From NCBI GenBank assembly GCA_051294905.1, contig CM119373.1:1304001-1368000 (forward strand): a stretch of DNA of 64,000 nucleotides, written 5' to 3'. The notes under the pieces were generated by a model that worked only from the letters and a program-made list of their open reading frames with translations, was not told where the DNA came from and did no database searches. Below are positions 23,767 through 37,300 of the stretch, one piece after another. The stretch is from Botryllus schlosseri. Its lineage: Eukaryota. The translations under genes were made by a program, and so were the position numbers. Position 1 is the stretch's first letter; each line of letters starts with the position of its first letter.

Positions 23767-25979
23767 GTTGGTATAACCAAGTGCAGAAAAAAATTTAAAG
23801 TAAACAATCACCCGAATAACAAATGAGCCGAATTGGATAAATGTCTGTCAGCTTGCCACACACTAATAATGTTCGGTCATAATGTTTGTCGCTGTTCAGG
23901 TGATACAGCAGCTTGGGATTGAGCTCGGGATTTTGCTGCACTAATCATAATAACCAGAAATACTTTTACACAGTTCTAGAATGGCCAAGCACACCTTGGA
24001 CATATTTCCTGATACTGAGTTGTGCAAGTTATATATTTGGCTGCAATGCACTCTACAGTCTACATATAGTTGGAAAGGCAGTATCATGTAGTTACTGGAC
24101 TTTCCCTTCCACCCAATTGATGTGCCGAGTTCGCGAAATAGTTTTAAATAATATTGGAATCTCTCACACATAGAGACCTATCTACAATGTACCAGTCATT
24201 GTTAAGAATTGAAATAAATTTATAGTCTCATATCATGTCAGTTTACTTTGATCTCATCTCTGATGGCAGCCATACAAATAATATATACATTAAATATCTT
24301 ATTGATATATACAGAAATATATAATCTGGGACATATAAACGAGATATATTTATGATATGTTTCAGCACAAGATTTAAACAAAATTAGGACAAGAAAAAGA
24401 TATCTCAACATGTCAGAAAAAATGTATCTCGTGTTTGCTGGGTACTAGCCTACTGTGTACGAGGGTTGGATTATCCGGATAACGGTTAACCGCAGGTTTT
24501 TTTATTATCCAATATCCGGATATAAATCTGCCGGTTAACCGGATAAAATAGTATCGTTATTAATGTGTTTTAAAGTTTTTAGGAAGCTTCAATAAGTCGT
24601 ATTATCAGTATTCCGCGCGTCCAATTAGGTCATTGATTGCTGCCGCGAACTCGGCTATCGTTGCTGGCCTGATTTTTCGAGTCTTCAACAAGCCTATAGT
24701 TCCACTGGCAGAATCACATCTGCAATAGGCTCTGTGGACATTAAACCATCACTGGCCTACGTAATCGCATCTGCATTGGCTTGGTGCTCACGATGTTATC
24801 GCTGGCCTGCACAATCGCATCTACAATAGGCGTGGTACGAACGATATCATCGCTAGCTAAACCATAGTCTCGGGCCTGGCATGCGTTGGCTCCTATCTCT
24901 TAGTGGCTTGGAGACAATATGCCGCTGAGATTATTATGATCAGCGATTGTGATTAATGAGTCACATTGCGAAACTGAATGACATCGAATGTTCGCATTCC
25001 GGAAACATGTTCGTGCGTGCAAGCGTAATTGATTTACGCTGATACTAAATTCGAAAAAAATCTAAACCACCTCGTTCTATTTAAAACACCCCCCTCACTT
25101 TTCGGCTCGCTACGGGCCTGATCATGTGAATTTCGCATAAAGGAATTAGAACGAGCTAGCATGTCGGCCTCAATTACGGTATCAGCTACTCATCATTCCA
25201 GTACTGGACACCTAAACAGAAGAATGGGCAAAAAGGAAGCACTGCTTACTATATTCAGCCTTGCTTACTATCATTCAGCCCATTTTGTGGAAGCAGAAAG
25301 AGGATTTAATACGTCTGGACTCTTTGTTACAAAACTCGGTCCCGGCTACAGGATGCGCCACCTCGTAACCGCGTAAGTCGGGGCCTATGATCACAGGTAT
25401 AGGGAGGGTAGGTAGGGTAGGGTATGGCATGGGATAGGAATCGTTATTATAACGTTTAAGGGAATGTAGGATGAAAGGAGGGGACTTAATATAACATGGG
25501 TTATGGTAATTAGCAGAAGAAAAAAATTGTGGTCAAGTTATATATGTAATAAAACAAAAAGCTGCTGTGTAGGTGGAAATGCCAAAGGTGTTCTGAACTT
25601 GAAATGTTGGCTTTCTTCTTCATCATCTTTATTTTCTACTTGACCTTCTTCTTTTTGTGAATTAGTTTATTGTTCGTTAAAAATTGTTTCAATTTCTTTC
25701 CAGTTTTGAATCCGATACGAAAGGGAATGGGGTAACTGCGTTTGGTGATGTGTCTGATCTGTTTTGTTATGGTCGAAGACTTTATAGAATTGGTGCGTGA
25801 TGTAGGTCAGATTATGGGTAAGTTTTTCTATGTTCGTATCTCTCTTAGCAATACTCCTGCAATTTTGTATGACTCTTCTGGGGCATTGTATGACTCTTCT
25901 GGGGCAATTTAGCTTGCGTAGCCTATTCTTGAATCTATGTGTTGTGTTTTTCAGATATCTTGGATTCGAATTTGTATGG

Positions 25980-27430
25980 TTCATTGCACCTGCTATTGCC
26001 AGACATCTATGCACATTTTTCAACTTTTCAATCAATCATGGAATATTTCCAGACCATCTCAAACAAGCCAAGGCTGTACCAGCTTACAAAAAGAATGACA
26101 TTACATTTGAAAGACTTCTCTACCGTAGAATAATTGACTTTGTTATGAAAAATTCACTATTATCCGATGAGCAATTCGGTTTTTTAGCCAATAGAAGCAC
26201 TACGCAGGCCCTAGCCGACATGACATCCAGACACTTCAAGTCATTTGATAACAAAAAAAACATCATGCTGTGTTTTTTAAGACATCAGCAAAGCATTTGA
26301 CTCTGCTAACCACCAGATACTGATTAGAAAACTTGTTCAGTTTGGCATACGTGGTATTGGCTCGAAACTTATATCTGACTACTTGAAAAACCGACGACAA
26401 TGTGTGTATGTCAATAGTACTATCTCCGCTCCATCAACTATAACTTGTTGCGTCCCTCAGGGGTCTGTATTGGGGCCTTTATTATTTCTTATATATATCA
26501 ATGATGTTAGCAAGGTCTCCTCTCTGAAAGCCGTACTATTCGCTGATGATGCCTGTTTCTCAGCATCCTCAACATCCTTGCAGACCTTGCAAGAATTGAC
26601 ATCTGATGAAATGACAAAGATCTGTAATTGGATGAGAAATAATCTACTTTCCATCAACCGCAGTAAAACCCAACTTCTCTTATTTAATAATTCCAATTCG
26701 CAAAAAAACAATCCATTTTCCAATTCGCAAAAAAACAATCCATTTTCTGTAAGAATCAATCAAACTATCATTAACCCAGCTGATCACGTTCGCTAGCTTG
26801 GAATTCTTGTCGATTCGAAATTGTCATGGAAACCTCAGATCGACTCAGTCACCTCGAAATTGTCAAGGGCTACGGGCATGCTACAACGATTGAAATATCT
26901 AATGCCACAAAAAGTGTGCGCAGTGTATTTTGCTATTTTTCAATCTCAGCTTCAATATGCAATAAATATATGGGGACATACAAATGTAACAAACCTTACA
27001 AAAATCAAAACTCTCCAGAACCAGGCTCTTCGTGTCATTAGTAAATTACCTCCCAGGCGACGAATTCTCCCGGAATGTCGAAGTCATGGTATACTCAGAG
27101 TTGCCGACCTAATTCAGTACGAGACGGCAAAGATGATGCACACCATCTTCCACACAAACGGGTCATACTTTAATTCGCATTTTACAACTTTTGCGAAAAC
27201 TCATGGGTATGAAACTAGACAGGTATCGAGAAATTCTATTTCGCTGCCTCTCCTGTCCCGATGTTCATCCCGCAATAGTTTACATTTTGTCGGTGCGAAA
27301 ACTTGGAATGATCTCCCTGCAGAGCTGATACCAATACCGCCATGGCAGTTAGAAAAAAATATAAAAATTATCTACTACAAATGTACTGTTGATTTTTTTT
27401 CTTTTATACAATATTCATATGTATTTAGTG
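25980..27430 (+). pseudogene. 5'-truncated CR1/L2-group LINE ORF2 (reverse transcriptase)
   Basis: AKAVPAYKK, QFGF, DISKAFD, YLKNRRQCV, VPQGSVLGPLLFLIYIND, LFADD, LGILVDSKLSWK and H.YETR...WN.LP; stops and frameshifts present. Confidence 0.9.
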
Positions 27431-27793
27431 AAAGTGTTAAGGTGTGTGGGGTGTATGGAGGTGATTATTAGTCCGTCGTCTAAGTATCTGCGGGACACTG
27501 TTATTGGCCAAGTTGTGGAAAGTTGAGATATAAGGTTTTGTTCGTATATGGCAAGAGTTAGATCGGCTGCCTGTGCAGAGTAATAGCTTCACATAGCTAA
27601 ACCGTCTTTTTGTATATACAGCGGAAGAGAAGTAACAGAGACTTAGGCAGAAATCAAAGAGGTCAAAGGTTGTAGATGGAATCCGGGACATCGATTATAT
27701 ATACATGGTATCACGGAAGAATTGTTTTCACGCTACTTCGATAGCGAGCTACCAAGTTTCAAGGTGGGCAACCACAAACAGAACACGCGAAAC

Positions 27794-29112
27794 CAGTGGT
27801 TCCCAAAGTGGGCGCCAGCGCCCCCCTGGGGGCGCTCGTGGACGTGAAGGGGGCGCTGGCTACAAAATTGGGCGGCAGGGGGGCGCTGAGAGCAATTGAC
27901 CGCGTTGTAGGCTTAGAAGGCAACTGCTCCGTAGTCCGTAGTGATGAAGGTAAATGAATAAAGCAGCTAAATATGCAGTAAACATGCAAAATCGATTCAC
28001 TCAAGGCAATTTAGGGTCGTCCGTCTCTGTCAGCTTTACCGGAAAAGTCCATTGTTACCAGACAATGTTGATCATGCCATCAATGGACTAATTTAGCAGT
28101 CGTCAGAATCCCTAGAAAGCGTGGTTCATTGTATGCTATGAGATCTACAAAGTATTTGAGCAGTTGTTGCTCACAACAAGGTGTGATGACTTTGAGAGAA
28201 ACTGCCATGTGTGATTTTAATCTCTGATTCAAACGATTGTGAAATATACACAGTGCTGCGACCGGTGCGTTCGACACGACGTTCTGGTTGCGAGAAGCGA
28301 CATCATTTCTAGGCCTGCTTGACGGGCATATTCTCTAAAATTATCGAGTAGAATATTTCCGTTCTTACTAATAATGAAACCTGCTAAAGACGTAAATGGC
28401 CCTGCCCGGATTCAGTGATAAGCCCGTGATATTTAACCGAAAGTTTGCAAGACCTGAAGTGTTCCCATTACCATCAAGCTCGCATGAGCTACTGGCCCAG
28501 CTCGAATACCCGATTTTGACAGAGAAGCATAAATCAATCATCTTAAAAAACTGCACAAGGATAGGGTGGGTTGATTCGGGGATATATTCCAATTAAAAAT
28601 TCCTAACCGGATTATCAATTCTTTCTGTAAAGTTTCCGAGCATAAAATGATTGAGGAGCTGATTACATTGTAATGTAGTTAGGCCTATGTAGAACAATTT
28701 TGAGTTCGAACTGAAGTTCAATATCTCGAATCAATCGTCCTGGATACACAATTAAATCAAATGAAAATACTCTGACTGGAGTCGGGTGACATTTTTTGTC
28801 GTTGCCCTTCCCCGTCCATATTTGATAGAACGCGTCTTTAATACCGTGACAAGGTTTCTGGCTCACGGCAGAAACCGACTTGACAGTACGGTACGTGGAG
28901 ACTGGAGATTTCAGATTGCGATTGCTCTCATCAAATTTCTAACCCAGTATGACGAGGATGTTGATAATAATTATAATAAACCATCTTGATCCGCCTCGTT
29001 ATTAGCTGAAATAAATCCAAAACAAGATTCATTTGATTTAGGGGGTCGGGGGCGCTGGCACTTTTTTCGTTGTCCAGGGGGGCGGTGGCTCAAAAAAGTT
29101 TGGGAGACACTG
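27794..29112 (+). mobile_element. hAT Charlie/Buster deletion derivative retaining transposase C-terminal relic
   Basis: TIR CAGTGGTTCCCAAA / TTTGGGAGACACTG; TSD CGCGAAAC / CGCTAAAC; relic PYLIERVFNTVT..RNRLD..RGD at ~28790-28960. Confidence 0.85.
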
Positions 29113-29537
29113 CGCTAAACAGATGTTACGCAATGTTCGATGTTGAACGGCGTTGGTTTTGAAGGTGTTACATCACGAAATACTTGACAACATTCGGTAT
29201 GATACACGTAAATGATGGCAAGTTTCAAGGTGGGTACCCAATGATTAGCATGGTAAATCTGTCATTAAAGTTGACTATGTATATATTGTGTAGATGCACT
29301 GTAAAATATAACCTCGATTTACACGCGAAATGTTTGGAAGCGCGGTAGCCAGACATTTCGTGATAAGGTACCATTACCGTCAGTCCATGTAAATTAAACT
29401 TACACTCGTTCGGTAATCTCACTTTACACGCCAGACTAATGTTACAGTCACATCCGGCGTATCCCATATACAACCTCCTGTACAGTGCACATTAGTGACC
29501 GAAACTGTAATTTTACCGCCTACCTACATACATGCTG

Positions 29538-29707
29538 TCCGTGTAAATCAGGATTACGTACCAGCTCGTAAATTAACGTGCATCCATACCTATCGCTAAG
29601 CAACGCGATGATAAAATATCGCTCCGTGTAAATCAGGACTACGTACCAGCTCGTAAATTAACGTGCATCCATACCTATCGCTAAGCAACGCGATGATAAA
29701 ATATCGC
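29538..29707. repeat. 85-bp tandem duplication near a probable Harbinger left end (~29310)
   Basis: TCCGTGTAAATCAGGA...AAAATATCGC occurs twice with one mismatch. Confidence 0.8.
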
Positions 29708-30398
29708 AAGTTTCTTCACACTCACAAAACGACATTGGAACAAACTGTGTATATTCATTCATGATTCACGATGAAATGGTTCTCGATGGAAAAGTATTGC
29801 TGCTGGAGGTCTAGTTCTTCTTTAGAAGGTATGCAGTAGCCAGTGTTGGGATCAAGTCACTACCATCGAGTCACGAGTCACCTCGAGTCATTGCAGATTT
29901 TGAATCGAGTCAAGTCAAGTCAATCTATTTTCAAAGGTCTTCGAGTCAAGTCAAGTCACGAGTCGAGTCACAATTCAAGTCAAATTGAATTTTCGAAGTA
30001 TGAGCGATGATTCAAAGTCATTACATTTTGCTAGATGTGTGAAAGACAGATTAATTGGACATTTATCTTGAATCAAATAACGAATATCTAGTTAAATATA
30101 CATGCAAAAAGACGTTGTATCCTTCACGCACACGTAGAACTGCTAATAAAATACGTGCGTAACTGTACAGCTACATGTTACAGTCAGTCATTATCAGCCA
30201 AAATATAGGACCTAATACGAAGCTTCGAGCAGTTGAAACAAAAACTAGCCTACACTACCCCTCTTCACATCTGTGAGAATATAGACGCACAAACTACATT
30301 TGTTCGATTTAAATCACACAAGAGGGTTGGTAAAGGTGTGCATTGCGCAACGTAAGCATTGAGAGCCGTCTAAGAAACAGAGAAACATTGCTATTTAG

Positions 30399-32447
30399 CA
30401 GTGTTGGGATCAAGTCACTACCTTCGAGTCACGAGTCATTGCACATTTTGAGTCGAGTCAAGTCAAGTCACTCGATTTTTGGAGGTGACTCGAGTCAAGT
30501 CGAGTCAAGCCAAGTCGAGTCAAGTCAAGTCACGAGTTGAGTCACAATTCAAGTCAAATTGCCTTCTCGAGGTATGAGGCGTGATTACGTCATTGTATTC
30601 TACTAGCCGTCTGAAATACATATTAAATATACACACGAGAAAGGCGCTGTATCACTCACATATAAGTAGAGCTAATAAACTACGTAAGTAATTGCACAGC
30701 GTCAGTTTATAGTTACCAGCCAAAATAGAGAAACGAATTGATAAGATGCAATACATAACCCTTTTGCAAATTGATATGATACAATTCGAGCCTGCGCCAA
30801 TGGTCGAGGACTATGAATAAACTATTTTCTAATTCCATTTCAATAAAACAAGAGGTTTGGTCAAGTTAAGAACACATTTTGCTATAATATTACTTTACTA
30901 TGCTATAGTTTACGGCAGGGGTTCTCAACTTTCCTTGCGTAACGGGCCGCATTTTAACAGCAAAAAGCGCTGCGGGCCGCACAACATTATTACCGTATAT
31001 TTGTGGACTATACTATTATATTTAGGCTAATATAGCCTATTTACCAGTCGTGTATGGGCATTTAGTTTGTATGCATTCTACAGCATAATGGACAGCGTTC
31101 GTAAGCTTTCAGTTGCTGTTTCTAGTGAGATTGTGTCATCTTCCGACGGAACATCAAGTAAATCCCTTCATGAAGCGTGCATTGCATTCGTTCCCAAGTC
31201 GGTATGTGCAGTTGTGCACCTTCAAACCCTTGCACCAGAGAACTGAACTCTCTGTTTCAATAAGTCAGCGAGCAAGTATAAAACTACGGCAACTTTGTCT
31301 TTACAGAGGCCATTGTCACTTTGGGCTCTCAGTGATATGAGAAGAAGTCTCATGTCCGGAGTAATTTCTGAGCAAACCAATCAACCATTCTCCTTTCCTT
31401 CTATGGCTGATGCCCTGCACCAATAATAACAAAGTTGATGTTGTTTGCTAGTCCGCTCTCCCCACGTTTGCCCAGCCAGCATTACCTCTACAAATATATC
31501 CACTCTGATAGAATACCCCAATACAATTGGCGTTGCAATGTCCGTAGATTTTGTCCAATGCTAGGTTAAAGTAGTCTACGGAGCAACACGTTTCAAAACA
31601 TGCGACAAAAGATTAACTGACATTGCTGTTACTCTTCTTGTCACGGTTGAATCAGACAACGGCAGCTTCGAAATTTGTTAGGTGAAGTTGTCCTTGCTGC
31701 TAAATTCCGGAAACTGCGGAGATTCGCACATTATAGTAACGTTTTGTTGGAGAAACACCTTTTCTAACAGATTTCATGGGTTTAGCGATACACCAAGCAA
31801 TTTTGAACCACGCGTTTTTAACGTCGCCGGCAATCTCAACAATGCCTCAAAATATGGATTGCTTAGAAAAAAGCGTTGCTAGCTAGGTCTCAGGCTAAGT
31901 TCAGGTGATATGTATAACTCGAAATGGAACTGTCCGAAGACCTATTCAGAACAATGAGAATCTAAACTCGACCATATATCAAGAAACCAGAAAACATTGA
32001 AGAATGAGAATAAATCAAACGAAACAGAGACGGAGCGATAAGAGAGCTTTAATAGCTAAATTGATACTGTATTCAACAATACTGCGCCGGTAATAATTGC
32101 GATCATATTGAAAGATCTCGCGGGCCACAGAAAAAGCATCTGCGGGTCGAGAACCCCTGGTTTACGGCAACGTAGGCTCTAAGCTTCGACCACTTCGTTT
32201 GCGATTCTGAGAAAACAATGGAGGCTCAGAAAAACGCACGATCATTGATTGATTGGTCGATCTCACGGGTTGCGCGAACAATCCGAACATATGCAAGATA
32301 CAGTGATTTTTATCTACACCGATTACTTGATGACTTTGCTTCGAGTCACGAGTCAATCAACATTTCTGATACGTCGAGTCAAGTCAAGTCAAGTCATTTT
32401 ACCAAAGCGACTCGAGTCAAGTCATGACTCAAGTCATCCCAACACTG
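30399..32447. mobile_element. Second copy of the same MITE family nested in the first
   Basis: Same TIR; perfect TSD CTATTTAG. Confidence 0.92.
30916..32159. mobile_element. hAT Charlie-like non-autonomous element (innermost)
   Basis: TIR CAGGGGTTCTC / GAGAACCCCTG; perfect TSD GTTTACGG; related copies start at 34357, 46709 and 57478. Confidence 0.92.
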
Positions 32448-32792
32448 CTATTTAGTAGATTATTCTTCTACTACTACGTCCTACGACAACCTTTAAGGCT
32501 AAGCTGTGATTGTTTAGTTTGCGGTCAATCTATTTGTGATCTAACAATCGAGGATCAGTGTATCGCACAATTACTGAATGACTGGTTGCTCTCGCAAGTC
32601 GCAATTGACACCGGCGTATCTCGAACAATCCGAACATAGGCCTACACAAGATACAGTGATTTAATCGACACCGTTTACTTGATGACTTGAAATTGACTAG
32701 TAAATATTGCTCTGATTCACGAGTCAATGCGCATTTTGCGCATTTTTGAAGCTCCAAGTCATGACTCGAGTCATCCCAACACTGGCAGTAGC

Positions 32793-33730
32793 ACGGCAGC
32801 AAACAGCAACCTCAATATGCAAATTAGTTTGCTGGTCTCGTGCACAATATTATCGCCTACTTCTCATTACCAGATTCTATGAGGCTCTGTATCGGCGGGC
32901 GAACGAATTTATACGCATACTTAACGTGCGTGAGGTACGGGATATAGCAAGCGCTAATTTTCAAAAGACCGGCTTCCCGCAAGTTTCCGAAGCAATCGAC
33001 GGCTGTCATATTCACGTAAGGCCAACGCGGGATTATATCAATAGGAAAATATATCCATCTCAGGTTCTTCAAGCAGTGGTTGATGATAAATGCCGGTAAT
33101 CACAATAACATCTTACTGCCAAATTTTTAACCTGTAAATAATTTGTCGAATCCGTTAGCTTCAGAGTTGTGTCAGTCAAGATAAGATGCCCGGCAGTGAG
33201 CACGACGCCTCAGTGCAGCGAGATTCGAGACTATAAAGAGAAAGCGAGAATCTCCCAAAGTAATTTTTGATCTGACCACTTAATTATAACAGCGAATACA
33301 AATGTTTGGATATTTACATATTCAGAGCAGTATTTAAATCAACAACGTCGATTTTCCGCTGAAGATTGTCGGTGATGCAGCTTATCCGATGCTACCGTAT
33401 CTCACGCGCCCGTACTGCGGAACAAATCTGACGCCGATACAGGAAAAATTCAATTTTCATCACAGCAGTGAGAGAATTGTTGTTGAAAACGCGTTTGGAA
33501 AACTCAAATCACGGTGAAGGATTTTTTAATGTCAATTGGACGTGAATATATGTCAAGCACCATCATATGTGATTGGTGTCCTACATAATATTTGTTAGGA
33601 TGCGCAAACCCCGGCTCCAATGGATGCAAGAGCTGTGAATGGAGATCTCAGTAATCCAACACCTGATCCCGCTTTTGATAGTGAAGTTCGCCAAACCCTT
33701 GCCGAATATATTTTCAACATTCGCCAATAA
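32793..33730 (+). pseudogene. PIF/Harbinger (HARBI1-like) DDE transposase pseudogene
   Basis: FPQVSEAIDGCHI, YINRK..SQVLQAVVD, PGSEHDA, IVGDAAYP, RIVVENAFGKLKSR and VLHNIC; premature stops; N-terminal part lies left of the MITE nest. Confidence 0.9.
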
Positions 33731-33807
33731 TTGTGTGTTATTGGTCGTTAGTCTCTGTTCGTTTGGTCGTTTGAATAATATATTTATCATTAATAAACAT
33801 TATTTTT

Positions 33808-34310
33808 TCAAATAAAATTTCGGCTGGAAATACTAGCCGCGATGTTGTTTATTATTGCCGTCAAAACCGACTGCATTAAGGCATTGGGATTGGCTATTTG
33901 CTCCACGTGCCTCTCCTCGGACTCTCTCAAGAACTGGAGCTGCTGGTCACTCATTTCCTTCAGATATTTTTTTATACTCTCTTTTTCTGATAGCTGGTCA
34001 TCCGATTCCCTTCTTCTTTTGGTGTCCCTTGAAGTCCCTTCATTAAAGAAATAATAGTACAACGCATAGTACATTGAATTATTTTTATACCATTTATGAC
34101 CTGTTGCGGAGTCTCACATGCTGGAATATCAGCAACAGGCGATGACGTTCCTGACGGCTCCATAGCGATTGCCTCACTTGATGCACTAGAGTCCCAGTCA
34201 ACCGTTTCGTCGTTAACTGCATTCGGCTGTACAAAACGCTAGCTCTGAAGACCGGCGTTTTGAATTGCTGACTAACGAAGTAGAGTATATTTATTAACTC
34301 GGCTAATGGC
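33808..34310 (-). pseudogene. C-terminal exons of the convergent Harbinger accessory (Myb/SANT-type) gene
   Basis: Spliced, coiled-coil-like ORF (KKYLKEMSDQQLQFLRESEERH) converging on the transposase, as expected for Harbinger. The Myb domain itself was not seen. Confidence 0.45.
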
Positions 34311-34356
34311 ATTTACTATTTATCACGAATCATAAGCATATACGCTTACTTTACAG

Positions 34357-37300
34357 TAGGGGTTCTCAACATTACCTGCATAACTGGCCGCATCTTAACA
34401 GCAAAAACCGCTGCGGGCCGCAGAACATTATTATCGTATATTTGTGGACTACTAATATATTTAGCCTATTTACCTGTCGTATATGGGCATTTAGTACATT
34501 TGTATGCATTCTACAGCATTAATGGAAATCGTTCGTAAGCTTTTAGTTGCGTTTTTTCATGGGATTATGTCATATTACGACGAAACAAGTAGGCTAAATC
34601 CCTTCATGGAGCGTGCATTATGCACTAGGGTGGAGTGAAAATGACTTTTTTTTTTCAAATCAAAAAAGGCCTTCCTCAATCCTGACAAATGATCTAAAAC
34701 TTCAATTAAAAGTGACTTCAGGGTGTTTCCCCCATTTTCCAGCCGGCAACCCCCCAATTTCTGCGCGTGGGGGGGGTAAAATGGCCCATCTCGGCAACCG
34801 CTGGTCGTAGAGTCATGATATATAGCTCAAAATCTGCGGAAGCATAATGTTTCTATCTGTCTTCTGAAGAAAGTTTTCTCTATTGTGAACACAAAATGAG
34901 TTATAGCCAAAAAACTATATATACGCACATTTTTGTTGAAATTCAGCATTTATTCTGACGAATTATGATCTGTCATTAGTTTTTTTTAAAGTAAAGTAAC
35001 ACACTGGCAATACCGAATATTGGGCCCATATTACAAATATATTCACAACACAGTCCTTTTAAAATCGGTTGAAAACATCATAATGAAACATTAACATTGA
35101 ACGTCTTATATTAAAAATGCATTCTTTTGTCAAGTTTTTTCATCAGTTTACGAGACTTAATTTTTCGGCGAATGAGGCCATCTCGTCTTTGAAATCCCGA
35201 AACGTGCCCTGATGCTTCTGTTACGAGCTTTACATGATGTTCCATGCACTGTTTGATTGCGGCATGGATGAAACAAAATCAGAGGCTTCTCGCGGCATTC
35301 TTCTAACTCTGCATCAGTTAAGTGCTCAATCGCTGGAGAAAGTTGTTGATATAAGGTTCAATATCAACCAACTCGTGGTATACCTTTGCTTCCAAGTTCA
35401 ACTTTAAGACGCAGAATAAACGAACAGGACCGCAGTTCAATTGGTTGGAACCGCTATGACTCTCAATGTCCAGGAGTGAATTTTATTCAGCGGCATGTTT
35501 TCGAATCGCCAGCACCTTGGTCACACCCAATTGAAAAAAACTACGTGGAAGTGTATCTTGTTGGCCAGTTACTCAATTCAAAAAGCTCTTGCCACCACTT
35601 ATGGCCTTTCAAAAGCTCCCACAGGAAATTGTTAGTGACTTAAGGACCAGTTATAGGCCCTATGCTTATAAATGTGCTGGGCAATTATTCAAGGAAATGC
35701 TGATGATGATCTGGCTTACTTGGAGGTTGGACCAGCGGTTGCGCATTCAAGATGGCTAACTTTAAGATGCAGTGCAGAGTTTTACGGTATTATGTAACAG
35801 TTAATGAACCGCCTTTAAACCTGGAGATTCTAGTTCATTTTTGCCTTGAAGTATATTTTCCAACTTGGTTTGAGATCAAGGGAAACAAACATATAACACA
35901 TGGACCCAGAAACATCCACAACTTGATTAAACAGGTTTTGAATTTCTCTGACCGAAACGTTCGAAAAATTGCTCCGAATGTGGTGATAAGAAACGGTTAT
36001 TCCGCACACCCCGAAAATATTATGATTGCAATGCTGGTAGATGATAATGAAGACATACGAAATAAGGGTGTGACCAAGGTGCTTGCGTTTCGAAAACATG
36101 CCGCTGAATAAAATTCACTTGTGGACATTGAAAGTCATAGCAGTTCCAACCAATTGAACTGGGGTCCTATTCGTTTATTCTGTGTCCCAAAGCCTAGGCA
36201 TACCACGAATTGGTTGATATTGAACCTTATCAACAACTTCCTCCAACGATTGAGCACTTAACTGATGCAGAGTTAGAAGAATGCCGCGAGAAGCCTCTGA
36301 TTTTGTTTCATCCATGCCACAATCAAACAGTGGAACGACATGTAAAGCTCGTAACAGAAGCATCAGCACTAGTTTCGGGATTTCAAAGATGAGATGGCCT
36401 CATTCGCCGAAAAATTAAGTCTCGTAAACTGATGAAAAAACTTGACAAAAGAATGCATTTTTAATAAAAGTCGTTAAATGTGAGTGTTTCATTATGATGT
36501 TTTGAACCGATTTTAAAAGGACTGTGTTGTGAATATATTTGTAATATGGGCCCAATATTCGGTATTGCCACTGTGTTACTTTACTTTAAAAAAAAACTAA
36601 TGACAGATCACAATATGTCAGAATAAATGCTGAATTTCAACAAAAATGTGCGTATATATAGTTTTTTGGCTATAACTCATTTTGTGTTCACAATAGAGAA
36701 AACTTTCTTCAGAAGACAGATAGAAACATGATGCTTCCGCAGATTTTGAGCTATATATCATGACTCTACGACCAGCGGTTACCGAGATGGGCCATTTTAC
36801 CCCCCCACGCGCAGAAATTGGGGGGTTGCCGGCTGGAAAATGGGGGAAACACCCTGAAGTCACTTTTAATTGAAGTTTTAGGTCATTTGTCAGGATTGAG
36901 GAAGGCCTTTTTTGATTTGAAAAAAAAAGTCATTTTCACTCCACCCTATTATGCACCTTCAAACCCTTGCACCGGAGAACTGAAATATGTTTCAATGCGT
37001 GAGCGAACAAATAAAAAATTACGGCAACTTTTTCGTTACAGAGGCCATTCTCACTCTAAGCTCTCAGTGGTATGAGAAGAAGTCTTATGTTCCGGAAATT
37101 TTTGAGCAAACCAATCAACCATTTTTCTTTCCTTCCATTGATGATATGCTGCACCAAGTTACAATAGTCAGCTTTGCCACGTTGATGTTGTATGCTGGTT
37201 CCATCTCCCCACGTTTGCCCGGTCAGCATTACGTTAAAAATATGTCCACTCCGATAGAATAATCTCTCATACAATTAGCGTTTTAATGTCCGTGGATTTT

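Larger units (their letters stand above)
20450..23900 (-). pseudogene. ISL2EU/Harbinger-type THAP-HTH-DDE transposase relic, interrupted by two MITEs; possible convergent exonuclease-like relic on + at ~20480-21100
   Basis: Minus strand: CICSGH...DQIP (THAP-like, ~22670-22740), DLGVRFNLSTASVS..ITW (HTH_Tnp_4-like, ~22255-22320), HMPQSF. The plus-strand relic and the boundaries are weak. Confidence 0.5.
29841..32784. mobile_element. hAT MITE (GAGTC/AAGTC subterminal repeats), outermost of a three-level nest
   Basis: TIR CAGTGTTGGGAT / ATCCCAACACTG; perfect TSD GCAGTAGC. Confidence 0.92.

Noticed and set aside
25150..25960. Penelope-like relic on the minus strand
   Set aside because: Only faint motifs (PQNGLN); too decayed to support a call.
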